From the NCBI GenBank assembly GCA_965248445.1, contig CBDFJG010000003.1:1024001-1088000 (forward strand): a stretch of 64,000 nucleotides of DNA, given 5' to 3'. Origin of the DNA: Planctomycetota bacterium (GTDB lineage: Bacteria > Planctomycetota > JAJSAM01 > JAJVHW01). Positions 10,002 through 18,931 of the stretch are shown here, piece after piece. The position numbers and the translations under genes were made by a program. Each line of letters opens with the position of its first letter. Within the stretch, counting starts at the first letter, position 1. The notes beneath the pieces were generated by a model. The model worked only from the letters and a program-made list of their open reading frames with translations. It was not told the DNA's origin and did no database searches.

Positions 10002-12016
10002 TAGAGCACCTCTCTCAGAATGCGTGCGATCTCGACGGGTCGCGCCATCGTCGGGAAGCCGATCGGCGGTCGCCGGAGTTGTGAGCGGTCGAACACGCTC
10101 TTCGCGAAGATGAAGCCGTGCGTCACGGCATTGCTCGAGTCGATGTACGTCGAGACCGGGCGGTGGTACGACACGACCCCGCCCAGGCGGCGGAACCCCA
10201 TCTTCCGGAAGCCGCTTCCGGTCGTGTAGACGCTGCCGTCACTGTCGACCGCAGTGTCGTTGACACGGACGTGGCCGGTCTTCGCCAGGAGAGTCGCGTT
10301 GATCTCGGAGTGATCGGGCATCCACTCCGTGTATTCGATGTCCGAGAGCGCGATCAGGCCGAGCACGCTGTCGCCCGTGTAGTCGGGGTTGGGCGTGTAC
10401 TCGGCGGTGTGGCTGTCGCCGTTCAGGTACGCGGTCTCGAGGGTGGCCGAGCCTCCGCCGCCCTCGTCGTCGTCGTCGTCATCGTCACCGCCCCCACTCG
10501 AACCGCCGGCCATGTGGCCGTAGACGATCGAGTCGGCGATGTGGATGTCGCCTCCCGAAGCGAACGTCACCTGGCCGTCCAGCACGTGGGTGTCGAGGCC
10601 GTCGTGGCTCGAGCGCATCGGGTCGAACACGATGTCGCCGGAGACGAAGACCGTGCCGTGGGTGCCGAGCACGTGGTCGTTGACCTTGCGCTCGTCCACC
10701 CACACGGACTCGTCGGAGACGGTCTCGATCCACTCGTCGATGACCTCGACCTCCTCGGTGACCGTGACCATGTTGCCGGTCTCGACCTCGACGTCTTCGG
10801 TGTGCGTTTCTTCGTACGTATCGCCCGTGGCCACCCAGTGCGTGTCCCAGTGCGACGTGTCCTCCCAGCCGACGACCTCGTCGACCCAGACCGTGTACTC
10901 CTCCTCGACGAGCTGGCTCTCCCAGTACCCGACGCCGCTGCCGCTGCCGCTGCCGCCGGTGTCGCCGCCGCCGCCGCCTTCGACCCAGACGTCGCGCCAC
11001 ACCATGTGGGTGTGGGTCTCTTGGTGTGACTCGATGATCGGGGAGGTCTCCTCGATCCAGATCGGCTGCTCCTCGTAGACGTTCTCCGTCGTCGTCCACG
11101 TGTGCGTCTCGATGACCACCTCGGGAACCTCGTGGGTCACCGTCTCCATGTGCGAGACGGGGGTCCAGGTGGAGACGCCCTGGTTCTCGTAGTGCGCGGC
11201 CTCCCAGTGCTCCAGGTGGATCTGGTCGCCCAGGAGCTTCACGTGGGCGTAGTCCCACTCGCCGCTCAGCGCGAGCATGGTGTCCGCACGCGTGGCGAAG
11301 CCGCCGACGTCGACGTCCAGCAGGCCGCCGATCGGCGCAGCGGCGTCGTTCGACGGTCCGTGGAAGAACGTGTTCTGCGGGTCCGTCTCGGCGGGACCGA
11401 CGGCGCCCGACACGTAGTCGAACCCCGTGACCGCCGTGACCGCATCACGGAAGTGCTTGTCCGCGAAGTAGAACTGGATGTTCTGGTTCGAGTGGATGGC
11501 GCCCTCGGGCGCATCGATCCACGGGAACACGGGCGAGCCGCCGCCGGAGATCCCGAGCGGGTGCGCGTCCACGAAGTAGTTGAAGTCCGCGAACGACTGG
11601 CGTTCGCGCACGAGCGCCATCACGCGCCGCGTCTGGTCGCCGCGCTCCGCCTCGGAGATGATCCGATACGTGGCACCGAGGCCCGGCACGGGGGCGCCGA
11701 ACTGCATCGCGGTCACGCCCGTCTCCCAGCCGTCCAGGTCGATGAACTGGTCGTCGCCGCGTGCGAGCGCCTGCTGGATGGCGAGGTTCCGTCCGCCCGC
11801 GTCGTAGCCGGACGAGTTGATCAAGTGGGAGACGACCTCGAGCTGGCCGAGCGCCTCGAAGAGGGCCGCCTCGCGGTGCGCATACGCCTCGGACTTGGCG
11901 CTCTCGCGCAACTGCCGCATGGTGTACCCGGCCGTGAGCGCGCCGACGCCGATGCCGACGGCGAGGATGATCGGGAGGACGCTGCCGTCCTCACGTGAGC
12001 GGTTCAGACTTCTCAT
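10001..12016 (-). CDS. PilX/GspK-like minor pilin with long Glu/Val/Thr/Trp/His-rich insertion
   Basis: EDG|SVLPI prepilin-like N-terminus lacking Glu+5; GAIHSN and VLGLIA..INATLLA motifs; operon position. Confidence 0.7.
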   Translation of the reverse strand: MRSLNRSREDGSVLPIILAVGIGVGALTAGYTMRQLRESAKSEAYAHREAALFEALGQLEVVSHLINSSGYDAGGRNLAIQQALARGDDQFIDLDGWETGVTAMQFGAPVPGLGATYRIISEAERGDQTRRVMALVRERQSFADFNYFVDAHPLGISGGGSPVFPWIDAPEGAIHSNQNIQFYFADKHFRDAVTAVTGFDYVSGAVGPAETDPQNTFFHGPSNDAAAPIGGLLDVDVGGFATRADTMLALSGEWDYAHVKLLGDQIHLEHWEAAHYENQGVSTWTPVSHMETVTHEVPEVVIETHTWTTTENVYEEQPIWIEETSPIIESHQETHTHMVWRDVWVEGGGGGDTGGSGSGSGVGYWESQLVEEEYTVWVDEVVGWEDTSHWDTHWVATGDTYEETHTEDVEVETGNMVTVTEEVEVIDEWIETVSDESVWVDERKVNDHVLGTHGTVFVSGDIVFDPMRSSHDGLDTHVLDGQVTFASGGDIHIADSIVYGHMAGGSSGGGDDDDDDDEGGGGSATLETAYLNGDSHTAEYTPNPDYTGDSVLGLIALSDIEYTEWMPDHSEINATLLAKTGHVRVNDTAVDSDGSVYTTGSGFRKMGFRRLGGVVSYHRPVSTYIDSSNAVTHGFIFAKSVFDRSQLRRPPIGFPTMARPVEIARILREVL

Positions 12017-12018
12017 GA

Positions 12019-12611
12019 CTAGGACCCCTCCACGGGAGCAGCGCGAACGGTCCGCAGCACGGGCTCGCCGTTCCAGAAGATCTCGATACGGAGCAGACGC
12101 GGATCGCCTTCGCTCTCCAGCGTCACCAGCGAGGTGCCGTCTCCGGCCGACGTGGCGAGGTTGCCCGACGTCGGGTCATCCGCGCCGCGCACGCCCTGGA
12201 ACGTCCCGTTCCCGTCGAGGTCAGCGTTGATCTCGACCTCGAAGACGCCGCTCGTCTCGAACCCGTCGAGGCGGAAGCGCCAACCGGCAGCGCCGACCGG
12301 AGTCTCAAGGCTGCGCAGGGTGAGCACGCCGGTCGAGGTGACCGAACCGTCGTCGTCGAAGAACTCCTGGATCTGCGGGGAGCTCGCCGTCTCGCCGTCG
12401 GGTCCACGTTGCTCCCGTACGGAAGCGCCACCATGCGCTCCATGTACTTGTAGGCCTGCAGGCGAACGACCTCGCGCTCGCGAGTGCTCGCCGAGGCGCT
12501 CTCGGCAGAGAGGACGGCCATGACGAAGCCGCCCATCGACACGGCGAGGATGCCGATCGAGACGAGCACTTCGACGAATGTCAAGCCGCGTTCGCGGCGG
12601 GTTCTGCGCAT
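12019..12611 (-). pseudogene. PilV-like minor pilin frameshifted by an 8-bp tandem duplication
   Basis: RERG|LTFVE N-terminus and C-terminus in different frames; CTCGCCGT duplicated at 12383-12398; removing 8 bp gives a 195-codon ORF. Confidence 0.8.
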
Positions 12612-12661
12612 GTGACTGACTCCACTTGGGACGCGGACGGAGTGCCCGGCCGGTACCCATG

Positions 12662-12783
12662 GCAAACGACAGGCCGTGAGAATCCGATTCGCAGCAACAC
12701 CCTTAAGTCCCTTCGCTCTCTTCTCTTACGACAGTCTCTGTGTCGCGAACGGCCTCTCATTCTGAGACGATTCGCAATTGCGA
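12662..12783 (-). promoter_or_regulatory. Putative sigma54 promoter with IHF-like site and upstream palindromes
   Basis: CGGCCT-N5-TTGC on minus strand (12662-12676); TAAGTCCCTT at 12704; palindromes TCTCA-TTC-TGAGA 12755-12767 and TCGCAATTGCGA 12772-12783. Confidence 0.5.
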
Positions 12784-12865
12784 CGTGAGAACGCGGCGTG
12801 CTCCATGGGGACCGTAAGAGGGACGGTCAAGGCGGGTCCGTGCGGGTACCGATGCTCAGGTAGCC

Positions 12866-12976
12866 ATGCGTCGCAGTCGCCAAGTTGTCCTCTGGGTTCT
12901 CGCGCTCGCCTGCTTTGCAGGCGGCGTGGTCCTCATGCTGGACGACGGCGAGCCGGCCGATGCTCCTCACGCGTAA
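12866..12976 (+). pseudogene. 5' fragment of a membrane-anchored protein truncated by IS66
   Basis: MRRSRQVVLWVLALACFAGGVVLMLDDGEPADAPHA, with the stop supplied by the IS end GTAA. Confidence 0.5.
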
Positions 12977-14439
12977 CCGTTCACCCCTTCGTCGCGAGCC
13001 AGGATCCAGATCGTTCGGCCATCGGTCGATCAAGATGTTGTGGGCGAGCGGCAGGACGAGGATCTGCGGGCGATGGTCGAGGGCCTTCTGGCCTGGATCG
13101 AGGAGCTGGAGCGTCGCGAAGCGAAGCATCTGCGCCGCATCGACGAGCTCGAGTCGCGTCTGAAGCGTGACTCCCGCAACAGCTCGAGGCCTCCGTCGTC
13201 GGACCCGGCGTGGTCCAAGCGCCGTCGCGGCCGAAGGCCGCGTAGCGGTCGCAAGCAGGGCGGACAGCCGGGCCATGAGGGCACGGCGCGCGAGCTGGTG
13301 GATCCGTCCAACGTCGATGAGACCAAGGAGCACCGTCCCGACCTCTGCGACGCGTGCGGACACGACGATCTCGAGCAGGGCATCGGCGATCCGTACCGGC
13401 ACCAGGTGACGGTGCTCCCGCGCGTGCTCGTCACGGTGCGGGAGCACCGGCTGCACAAGGCGCGGTGCCGGCGCTGTCGTGCGGTCACGACGGCGGTCCT
13501 GCCCGATGGCGTGCCGACCGGGGCCTTCGGTCCGCGGCTGACCACACTTGCCGGCGCGCTGCGCGGCGTGTACCGCGTGAGCGTGCGGGAGACGCAGCGG
13601 CTGCTCGGTGAGATCTTCGGTGTGAAGATGTCGCTGGGCAAGATCAGCGACTGTGAGCGTCGGCTCAGTGACGCTCTGCACTCGTCGTACCTCGAAGCCC
13701 TCGGGGCAGTCCGCACGTCGCTGCGAGCCAACGTGGACGAGACGTCGTGGAAGGAACGGGGCCGGGTGTGCTGGCTGTGGGCGGCGGAGAGCGAGCACGC
13801 CACAGCCTTCGGGATCGATCGCCGCCGCAGTGCCAAGGCGAAAGGGCGGCTGATCGGGCGGCGCTTCGGTGGCACGGTGATCAGCGACCGGATGGGTGCC
13901 TACGAGTCACACCCACTTGCCCGCCGCCAGCTCTGCTGGGCGCACATCGAGCGCGCCTTCCGTGCGCTGGCCGAAGGCCCGCGAGGACATCGCCGCTTCG
14001 GCAACAAGGGCGTCATGATCGCGCAGTCGGTCATGCGCAGCTACCGGCTCTTCGGTGAGCACGGCGACCGTGACCGGCTGCAAGGCGAAGCCGCTGTGCT
14101 GCGCGGACGGCTCGAGCGACTGATCGCGAACGACGACTCGGCTCTGGCCAACCATCTGCGCCCCCGCGTGGTCGCCCTCTTCACCTATGCGCGGACCCAG
14201 GACGTGAGTCCGACGAACAACGCCGCCGAGCGCGCGGTCCGCAAAGCGGTGCTCTGGCGCAAGGGCTCCTTCGGAAGCCAGTCCGCTCGCGGACTCCGCT
14301 TCGCCGAGCGCGTGTTGACCGCCGCGGCCACGCTGCGACGCCGTGGCGACCAAGTCTTCGACTTCCTCGCCGACTCGGTCGCCGCGCACCTCACCGGCGC
14401 CGACCCGCCCGTCATGGTCCCGCTGCCCGTCGCACGCTG
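12973..14439 (+). mobile_element. IS66-family single-ORF element, right end not found
   Basis: Left end GTAACCGTTCA; transposase follows. Confidence 0.75.
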
Positions 14440-14464
14440 GTACCCGTTCAGCCCTTGGTTCTGA
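13040..14464 (+). CDS. IS66-family transposase
   Basis: NSSRPPSSD, KQGGQPGHEG, VDETSW, QLCWAH, PTNNAAERAVR. Confidence 0.92.
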   Translation: MGERQDEDLRAMVEGLLAWIEELERREAKHLRRIDELESRLKRDSRNSSRPPSSDPAWSKRRRGRRPRSGRKQGGQPGHEGTARELVDPSNVDETKEHRPDLCDACGHDDLEQGIGDPYRHQVTVLPRVLVTVREHRLHKARCRRCRAVTTAVLPDGVPTGAFGPRLTTLAGALRGVYRVSVRETQRLLGEIFGVKMSLGKISDCERRLSDALHSSYLEALGAVRTSLRANVDETSWKERGRVCWLWAAESEHATAFGIDRRRSAKAKGRLIGRRFGGTVISDRMGAYESHPLARRQLCWAHIERAFRALAEGPRGHRRFGNKGVMIAQSVMRSYRLFGEHGDRDRLQGEAAVLRGRLERLIANDDSALANHLRPRVVALFTYARTQDVSPTNNAAERAVRKAVLWRKGSFGSQSARGLRFAERVLTAAATLRRRGDQVFDFLADSVAAHLTGADPPVMVPLPVARWYPFSPWF

Positions 14465-15971
14465 GCTCGGATCCAGATCGCTTTCCGTTCGGTCGATGAA
14501 TCGGATGTGGGCACCGATGAGCTGCGTGATCTGGTCGAGCGCCTGACCCGTCGTCTGGACGCTCGGGACGAGACGATTGCCGAGCAGGCGGAGGTGATCG
14601 AGCGGCAGGCGGCACGGATCGACGATCTCGAGAGCCGTCTTCGCCGGGACTCCCGCACCTCCTCGCGCCCACCGTCCTCGGATCCGTCGTGGTCCAAGAA
14701 GCGGCGGCGGCGCAAGCCGCCGTCGGACAAGCGCCAGGGTGCGCAGCCCGGCCACAAAGGGGCGACGCGCAAGCTCGTGGACGAGTCCGAGGTCGATGGC
14801 GTAGAGGACCACCGCCCGCGCGAGTGCAGCGCGTGTGGGAGCGACGTGCTCGTCCCGATCGATCGCGCCCCGACACGCCAGCAGGTCTTCGAGGTCCCGC
14901 CACGGCTGATCCAGGTGACCGAGCACCGGTTGCACCGGGCACGGTGCACGGACTGTGGCGCCACGTCCACTGCCTCGCTGCCAAGCGGTGTGACGGCGAG
15001 TCCCTTCGGCCCGCGACTCTGTGCGCTCACCGCGGCTCTGGTCGGCGTCTTCCGCCTGTCGCGGCGCGAGACCAGTCGTCTGTTGCGTGACGTCATCGGC
15101 GTCTCGATGTCACCGGGCACGGTCAGTGCGATCGAGGAGCGGGTGTCGGGAGCCATCTCCTCAGCGCACATCGAGGCCCTCGGGGCCGTACGCACGAGCA
15201 GCGTCGCCTATGTAGACGAGACACCGTGGTCGCGTCGTGGCACGCTGCATTGGCTGTGGAGCGCGGTCTGTGAGCACGCCACGGTCCATCGTATCGATCG
15301 GCGCAGGAGCGCCAAGGCCATGCGGCGACTCGTGGGCAAGCGCTTCAGGGGCGTCCTCGTGACCGACCGTATGGGCGCTTACGACCAGCATCCCACCGAG
15401 CGCCGCCAGATCTGCTGGGCGCATCTCGAGAGGGACTTTCGAGCGCTGGCCGAGGGCTCGCGCGGCGGCCGGCGCTTCGGCAAGCAGGCCGTGCGTCTCG
15501 CCCAGGCTGTCATGCGAGCTCAGCGTCACTTCGGCGAGCACGGGGACCGCGACCGCATGCGGCGTGAGCTGCGTCTCACATGGGACCGACTCCTGACGCT
15601 GCTCGTGCGCGGCGCAGACAGCAAGCACCGCCGAGTACGCGGAACGACTCGGCATCTGCTCGACCGAGCGGAGGCTCTGTGGACCTTCGCCGACGTCCCT
15701 GGCGTCTCCCCGACGAACAACGCCGCTGAGCGCGCGGTGCGCAAGCCGGTCCTGTGGAGACGCGCAACGCACGGAAGTCAGAGCGAGCGCGGACTCCGCT
15801 TCGTCGAGCGCATCCTGACCGTCACCGCCACGCTCCGCCAGCGTGGCGAGAGCGTCTTCGATTACCTCGCAGACGTCAGCGCGGCACTCGCGCACAACCG
15901 CTCGCCGCCGGCTCTCGTCGCGCTCCCGATCACGCGCTGAGGCCGCGGATCGTCATACCCTGAACGGGTAC
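14440..15971 (+). mobile_element. IS66-family single-ORF element, complete
   Basis: Terminal IRs GTACCCGTTCAG / CTGAACGGGTAC; no TSD visible. Confidence 0.85.
14507..15940 (+). CDS. IS66-family transposase
   Basis: SSRPPSSD, QPGHKG, VDETPW, QICWAH, PTNNAAERAVR; diverged paralog of the upstream one. Confidence 0.92.
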   Translation: MGTDELRDLVERLTRRLDARDETIAEQAEVIERQAARIDDLESRLRRDSRTSSRPPSSDPSWSKKRRRRKPPSDKRQGAQPGHKGATRKLVDESEVDGVEDHRPRECSACGSDVLVPIDRAPTRQQVFEVPPRLIQVTEHRLHRARCTDCGATSTASLPSGVTASPFGPRLCALTAALVGVFRLSRRETSRLLRDVIGVSMSPGTVSAIEERVSGAISSAHIEALGAVRTSSVAYVDETPWSRRGTLHWLWSAVCEHATVHRIDRRRSAKAMRRLVGKRFRGVLVTDRMGAYDQHPTERRQICWAHLERDFRALAEGSRGGRRFGKQAVRLAQAVMRAQRHFGEHGDRDRMRRELRLTWDRLLTLLVRGADSKHRRVRGTTRHLLDRAEALWTFADVPGVSPTNNAAERAVRKPVLWRRATHGSQSERGLRFVERILTVTATLRQRGESVFDYLADVSAALAHNRSPPALVALPITR

Positions 15972-16029
15972 AGGCGCGCTTCGCTTGAAAGCGCTGCCCT
16001 ATCGAGTGGTCCTTCCGCCGCGCCTCTCC

Positions 16030-16050
16030 GGGGAGCCTGAGGGGCTCCCC
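16030..16050. terminator. Short hairpin downstream of the small Zn-ribbon gene
   Basis: GGGGAGCC-tgagg-GGCTCCCC. Confidence 0.5.
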
Positions 16051-16056
16051 ACGCGA

Positions 16057-16203
16057 CTACTTCTTCTTGGGCATGATCTTGAACATGCCGGTGCCGCAGG
16101 TCGCGCACTTCCCCTTCATGGCCTTCTTGCCGTTCTTCATGGTCACCTCTTGGGTGTTCTCCATCTGGCGCTTGGCGCGACACTTGACGCAATAGCCTTC
16201 CAT
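16057..16203 (-). CDS. 48-aa basic zinc-ribbon protein (DUF5679-like), absent from ORF track
   Basis: MEGYCVKCRAKRQMENTQEVTMKNGKKAMKGKCATCGTGMFKIMPKKK; two CxxC; GGAGG RBS; GC3-biased codons. Confidence 0.85.
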   Translation of the reverse strand: MEGYCVKCRAKRQMENTQEVTMKNGKKAMKGKCATCGTGMFKIMPKKK

Positions 16204-16414
16204 GGCTTCCTCCGGGGTCTTGCGACCTTCGTGAACACGGAATCGACCCCTGCCGCACGGCCGAGGTCAGTCCGAGCCTGAACGAGGCTACACGCGCCCG
16301 GGGACTACGACGCGGAATCCAGGCTCGGGCGAGGCTGAGGGGTCGCCCGGCCCAGGCCAGGCGATCCTCCGCCGCGGCTCCCCGCCCCGTCTGCAGGACC
16401 CGTTCTGCGGTCGT

Positions 16415-16966
16415 TCAGCGCCGCGCGGCCGCGGCGATCGCTGCGCTGTTCTTGCTGAACCGGATGTCCTTGGAGTCGGCGTACTCCATGAGCTCCTCCA
16501 CCATGCTGCGGTGGATCAGGCCCTCCTCGGCGAGCAGGCGGAGGAAGATCCGGCCCTCTCGGTTGTCGATGCGCGACGAGGCCTGGTTGAAGAAGCGCGT
16601 CGAGAGTTGCTCAGCCTTGAGGATGCAGGTCACGGCGACGTCCATCGAGCCGCGGTCCTTGACCTCGAGGAACGTGAAGTACTCCTTGAGCCGCTTCTTT
16701 TCATCGCCGAGCAACTCGATCGCCGCGGTCCCCACCAGCTCGCGCCGGTACTTGCGCAGGATCTTGCGGTGATCGCGCTCCTCCGAGGCCATCAGGCGGA
16801 AGCGCTGCTTCATGATGGCGTCGCTGACCACCTTCGAGAGGAACTCGTAGTACTGGGACGTGAGCGTCTTCCAGAAGATGGACTGGTCGAGGATGCTCTT
16901 GGTGTCCCCGAGTTCAGTGGTGCCGTCGTCGCTCATCTCGGACTCTGCGATCCTGGTCTCCGTCAT
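16415..16966 (-). CDS. Ferritin/rubrerythrin-like four-helix protein (start uncertain)
   Basis: FRLMASEERDH and FLRLLAEEGLIH ExxH-like motifs, KAE..FF. Confidence 0.7.
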   Translation of the reverse strand: MTETRIAESEMSDDGTTELGDTKSILDQSIFWKTLTSQYYEFLSKVVSDAIMKQRFRLMASEERDHRKILRKYRRELVGTAAIELLGDEKKRLKEYFTFLEVKDRGSMDVAVTCILKAEQLSTRFFNQASSRIDNREGRIFLRLLAEEGLIHRSMVEELMEYADSKDIRFSKNSAAIAAAARR

Positions 16967-17258
16967 CACGGCCGTGCGGAGCACCGCCATGCGCTCCCAG
17001 GGGCAATTGGGCACTCTAGGAGCGACGCCTGAGCCTCAAGCCTCCAGCCTGAGAGCTCACCCCGACAGCCTTGTACAGAACGAGCGGGTCAGGCGTCTCG
17101 CGTGAACTTCTGCCGTCCGTTCGATCGAAGTCCCGAATCGTAGGTCGCCTGAGGCCGCTGTAAAGCGAAAAGCGGAACAGGCGAGCCTGGCACTCTGCCT
17201 CACTCGGTCCGAAACGCGGAGGCGCCGCGGGAGCTTCCCGGATACGGGGCCCGGCTAG

Positions 17259-18927
17259 CCGCATCTGTTCACGAGACGTCGCGATGACGGTGCTTTCGGA
17301 GTCCACAGGGTCAGATCTTGGCCAGGCGAGGGCGGATGCTGTCGTCGTTGCCACAAGGGCAACGCGAGTGAGCGGCCGAAACGGCGCGGATTCTGCGGTG
17401 TGGGCAGACCGTAGGCCGGGCGGTGGTGTGGCGGACGGCGCGGCGGGACGTCAGGTCGGCTTCGGGGATGCCAGCAGTCGTTGCGCGCAGCGCTCGAAGA
17501 CGTGCTGCCAGGGCCACGACGAGGACATCGAGACCCAGATCCGGCGCGTCGTGATCCGCACGAGCGCGCCGATCTTGAGCAGCCGCAGGCGGATCGTGCC
17601 GGCTTGCGCACGCGCCATCTCGGTGCCGGCGAGACCGATGCGTCGCAGCGCACAGGTCAGGACGTAGGCCATGGCCGACATGGCCATCCGCACGGCGTTG
17701 CCCTGCATCGTGTGCACCGACAGACGGGTGCCGAAGAGCTCGAGCTGCTGCTCCTTGATGCGATTCTCCGCCTCGCCCCGGGCGCAGTAGAGCTGCTCGT
17801 AGAGACGCTTGCTGCTCCAGCTACGAGGCGGCAGATTGGTCACCACGAAGCGGGGATTGCGCTTGCCGCCCGGCAGGTGCTCGGCCTTGGCGACCACGCG
17901 ACGCCTCTGGCTCCAGCTCCCCAGCGTGGTCCAGGCAAAGTCGCGAAAGACCCGGGCTGCTCGGCCGGTCTGCACGGCACGGGCTGCGGCCTCATCGAGC
18001 GCGTCTTCGACGTGTCGCTCAAGGCGCTCATTGCGCGCCATGCCCAGCAGGTAGAAGTGGCCGGCGGCCTCGCACCAGGCCATCAGCTCCTCGCGGCAAA
18101 AGCCCGAGTCTGCGCGCACGAGCACCTTGGCCCGGGGCCAGCGGCGCCGCAGACGTAAGACCAGCGCACGGAGCTCGTCCACGACTCCGCGCGCGGGATC
18201 TCTGTCAGCGGTCTGGAGCCGAGCGAGCAAGAGGTGCTCGCCGCAGAAGACGTACAGCGGCAGGTAGCAGTAGTGCCCGTAGTAGCCGTGGAAGAAGCGG
18301 CCCTCCTGCCGGCCGTGCAGCCGCACGTCGGAGTGGTCCAGGTCCAGCACGAGCAGGCCCGGATCCTCCGGCCCCATGGCCTCGCAGAAGACGTCGCTGA
18401 GCACGCTGTCCACGCGCTCCTGGTCCATCTCGATCTTGGCGTAGCGCGTCTGTGCCGTGGCGCCGAGCTGCGTGGTCTCGAGCCGCGAGAGCGTCGGGTG
18501 CGTGGCCAGAGCACCCTCGCGCTTGCCGCACGCCGCGGCAAACAGCGGGTCCTTGCCGACATGGTCGTGGTCCACCAGATCCTCGTAGCCCGCGCACAGC
18601 CCGAAGACCCGCTGACGCAGCATCTGGCCGACCGTGTGCTCGACCCGACGCGGGTCCCGGTGGTCCCCGAAGCAGCGCGCAAACCGCGAGAGCAGATCGA
18701 TGCGACGATCGACCCGCTCGAGCAGCAGCACGCCCCCGTCGCTCGTCACGGTACCGGCGTCGAAGCGCGTCACCGCGGTGCGTCCACAGATGCCCGCGAA
18801 GAGGGTCCCCTGCGGGCTACAGTCTGTCGTCATCGGGCCGGCGCTCCTGTCGGTGCAAGTACTAGCGAGTACGAGCACTTAGACAGACGACGGCCCGCTC
18901 AGATTCCCGGCTGGTGAACGATTCGGG
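17259..18927 (-). mobile_element. IS1380-family element, copy 1 (1669 bp)
   Basis: Imperfect IRs CCGCATCTGTTCACGAG / CTGGTGAACGATTCGGG; CTAG on both sides. Confidence 0.92.
17451..18878 (-). CDS. IS1380-family DDE transposase
   Basis: TSDGGVLL, HGRQEG..FHGYY..YCYLPL, RADSGF, RGEAENRIKEQ. Confidence 0.93.
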   Translation of the reverse strand: MLVLASTCTDRSAGPMTTDCSPQGTLFAGICGRTAVTRFDAGTVTSDGGVLLLERVDRRIDLLSRFARCFGDHRDPRRVEHTVGQMLRQRVFGLCAGYEDLVDHDHVGKDPLFAAACGKREGALATHPTLSRLETTQLGATAQTRYAKIEMDQERVDSVLSDVFCEAMGPEDPGLLVLDLDHSDVRLHGRQEGRFFHGYYGHYCYLPLYVFCGEHLLLARLQTADRDPARGVVDELRALVLRLRRRWPRAKVLVRADSGFCREELMAWCEAAGHFYLLGMARNERLERHVEDALDEAAARAVQTGRAARVFRDFAWTTLGSWSQRRRVVAKAEHLPGGKRNPRFVVTNLPPRSWSSKRLYEQLYCARGEAENRIKEQQLELFGTRLSVHTMQGNAVRMAMSAMAYVLTCALRRIGLAGTEMARAQAGTIRLRLLKIGALVRITTRRIWVSMSSSWPWQHVFERCAQRLLASPKPT

Positions 18928-18931
18928 CTAG

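Noticed and set aside
12123..12665. Two separate overlapping genes or a programmed frameshift
   Set aside because: An exact 8-bp duplication explains the frame change, and no slippery sequence is present
17140..17254. Possible 6S RNA, tmRNA or tRNA intron interrupted by IS1380
   Set aside because: Some stems exist, but no diagnostic motifs, no tmRNA acceptor stem and no 5' tRNA exon were found
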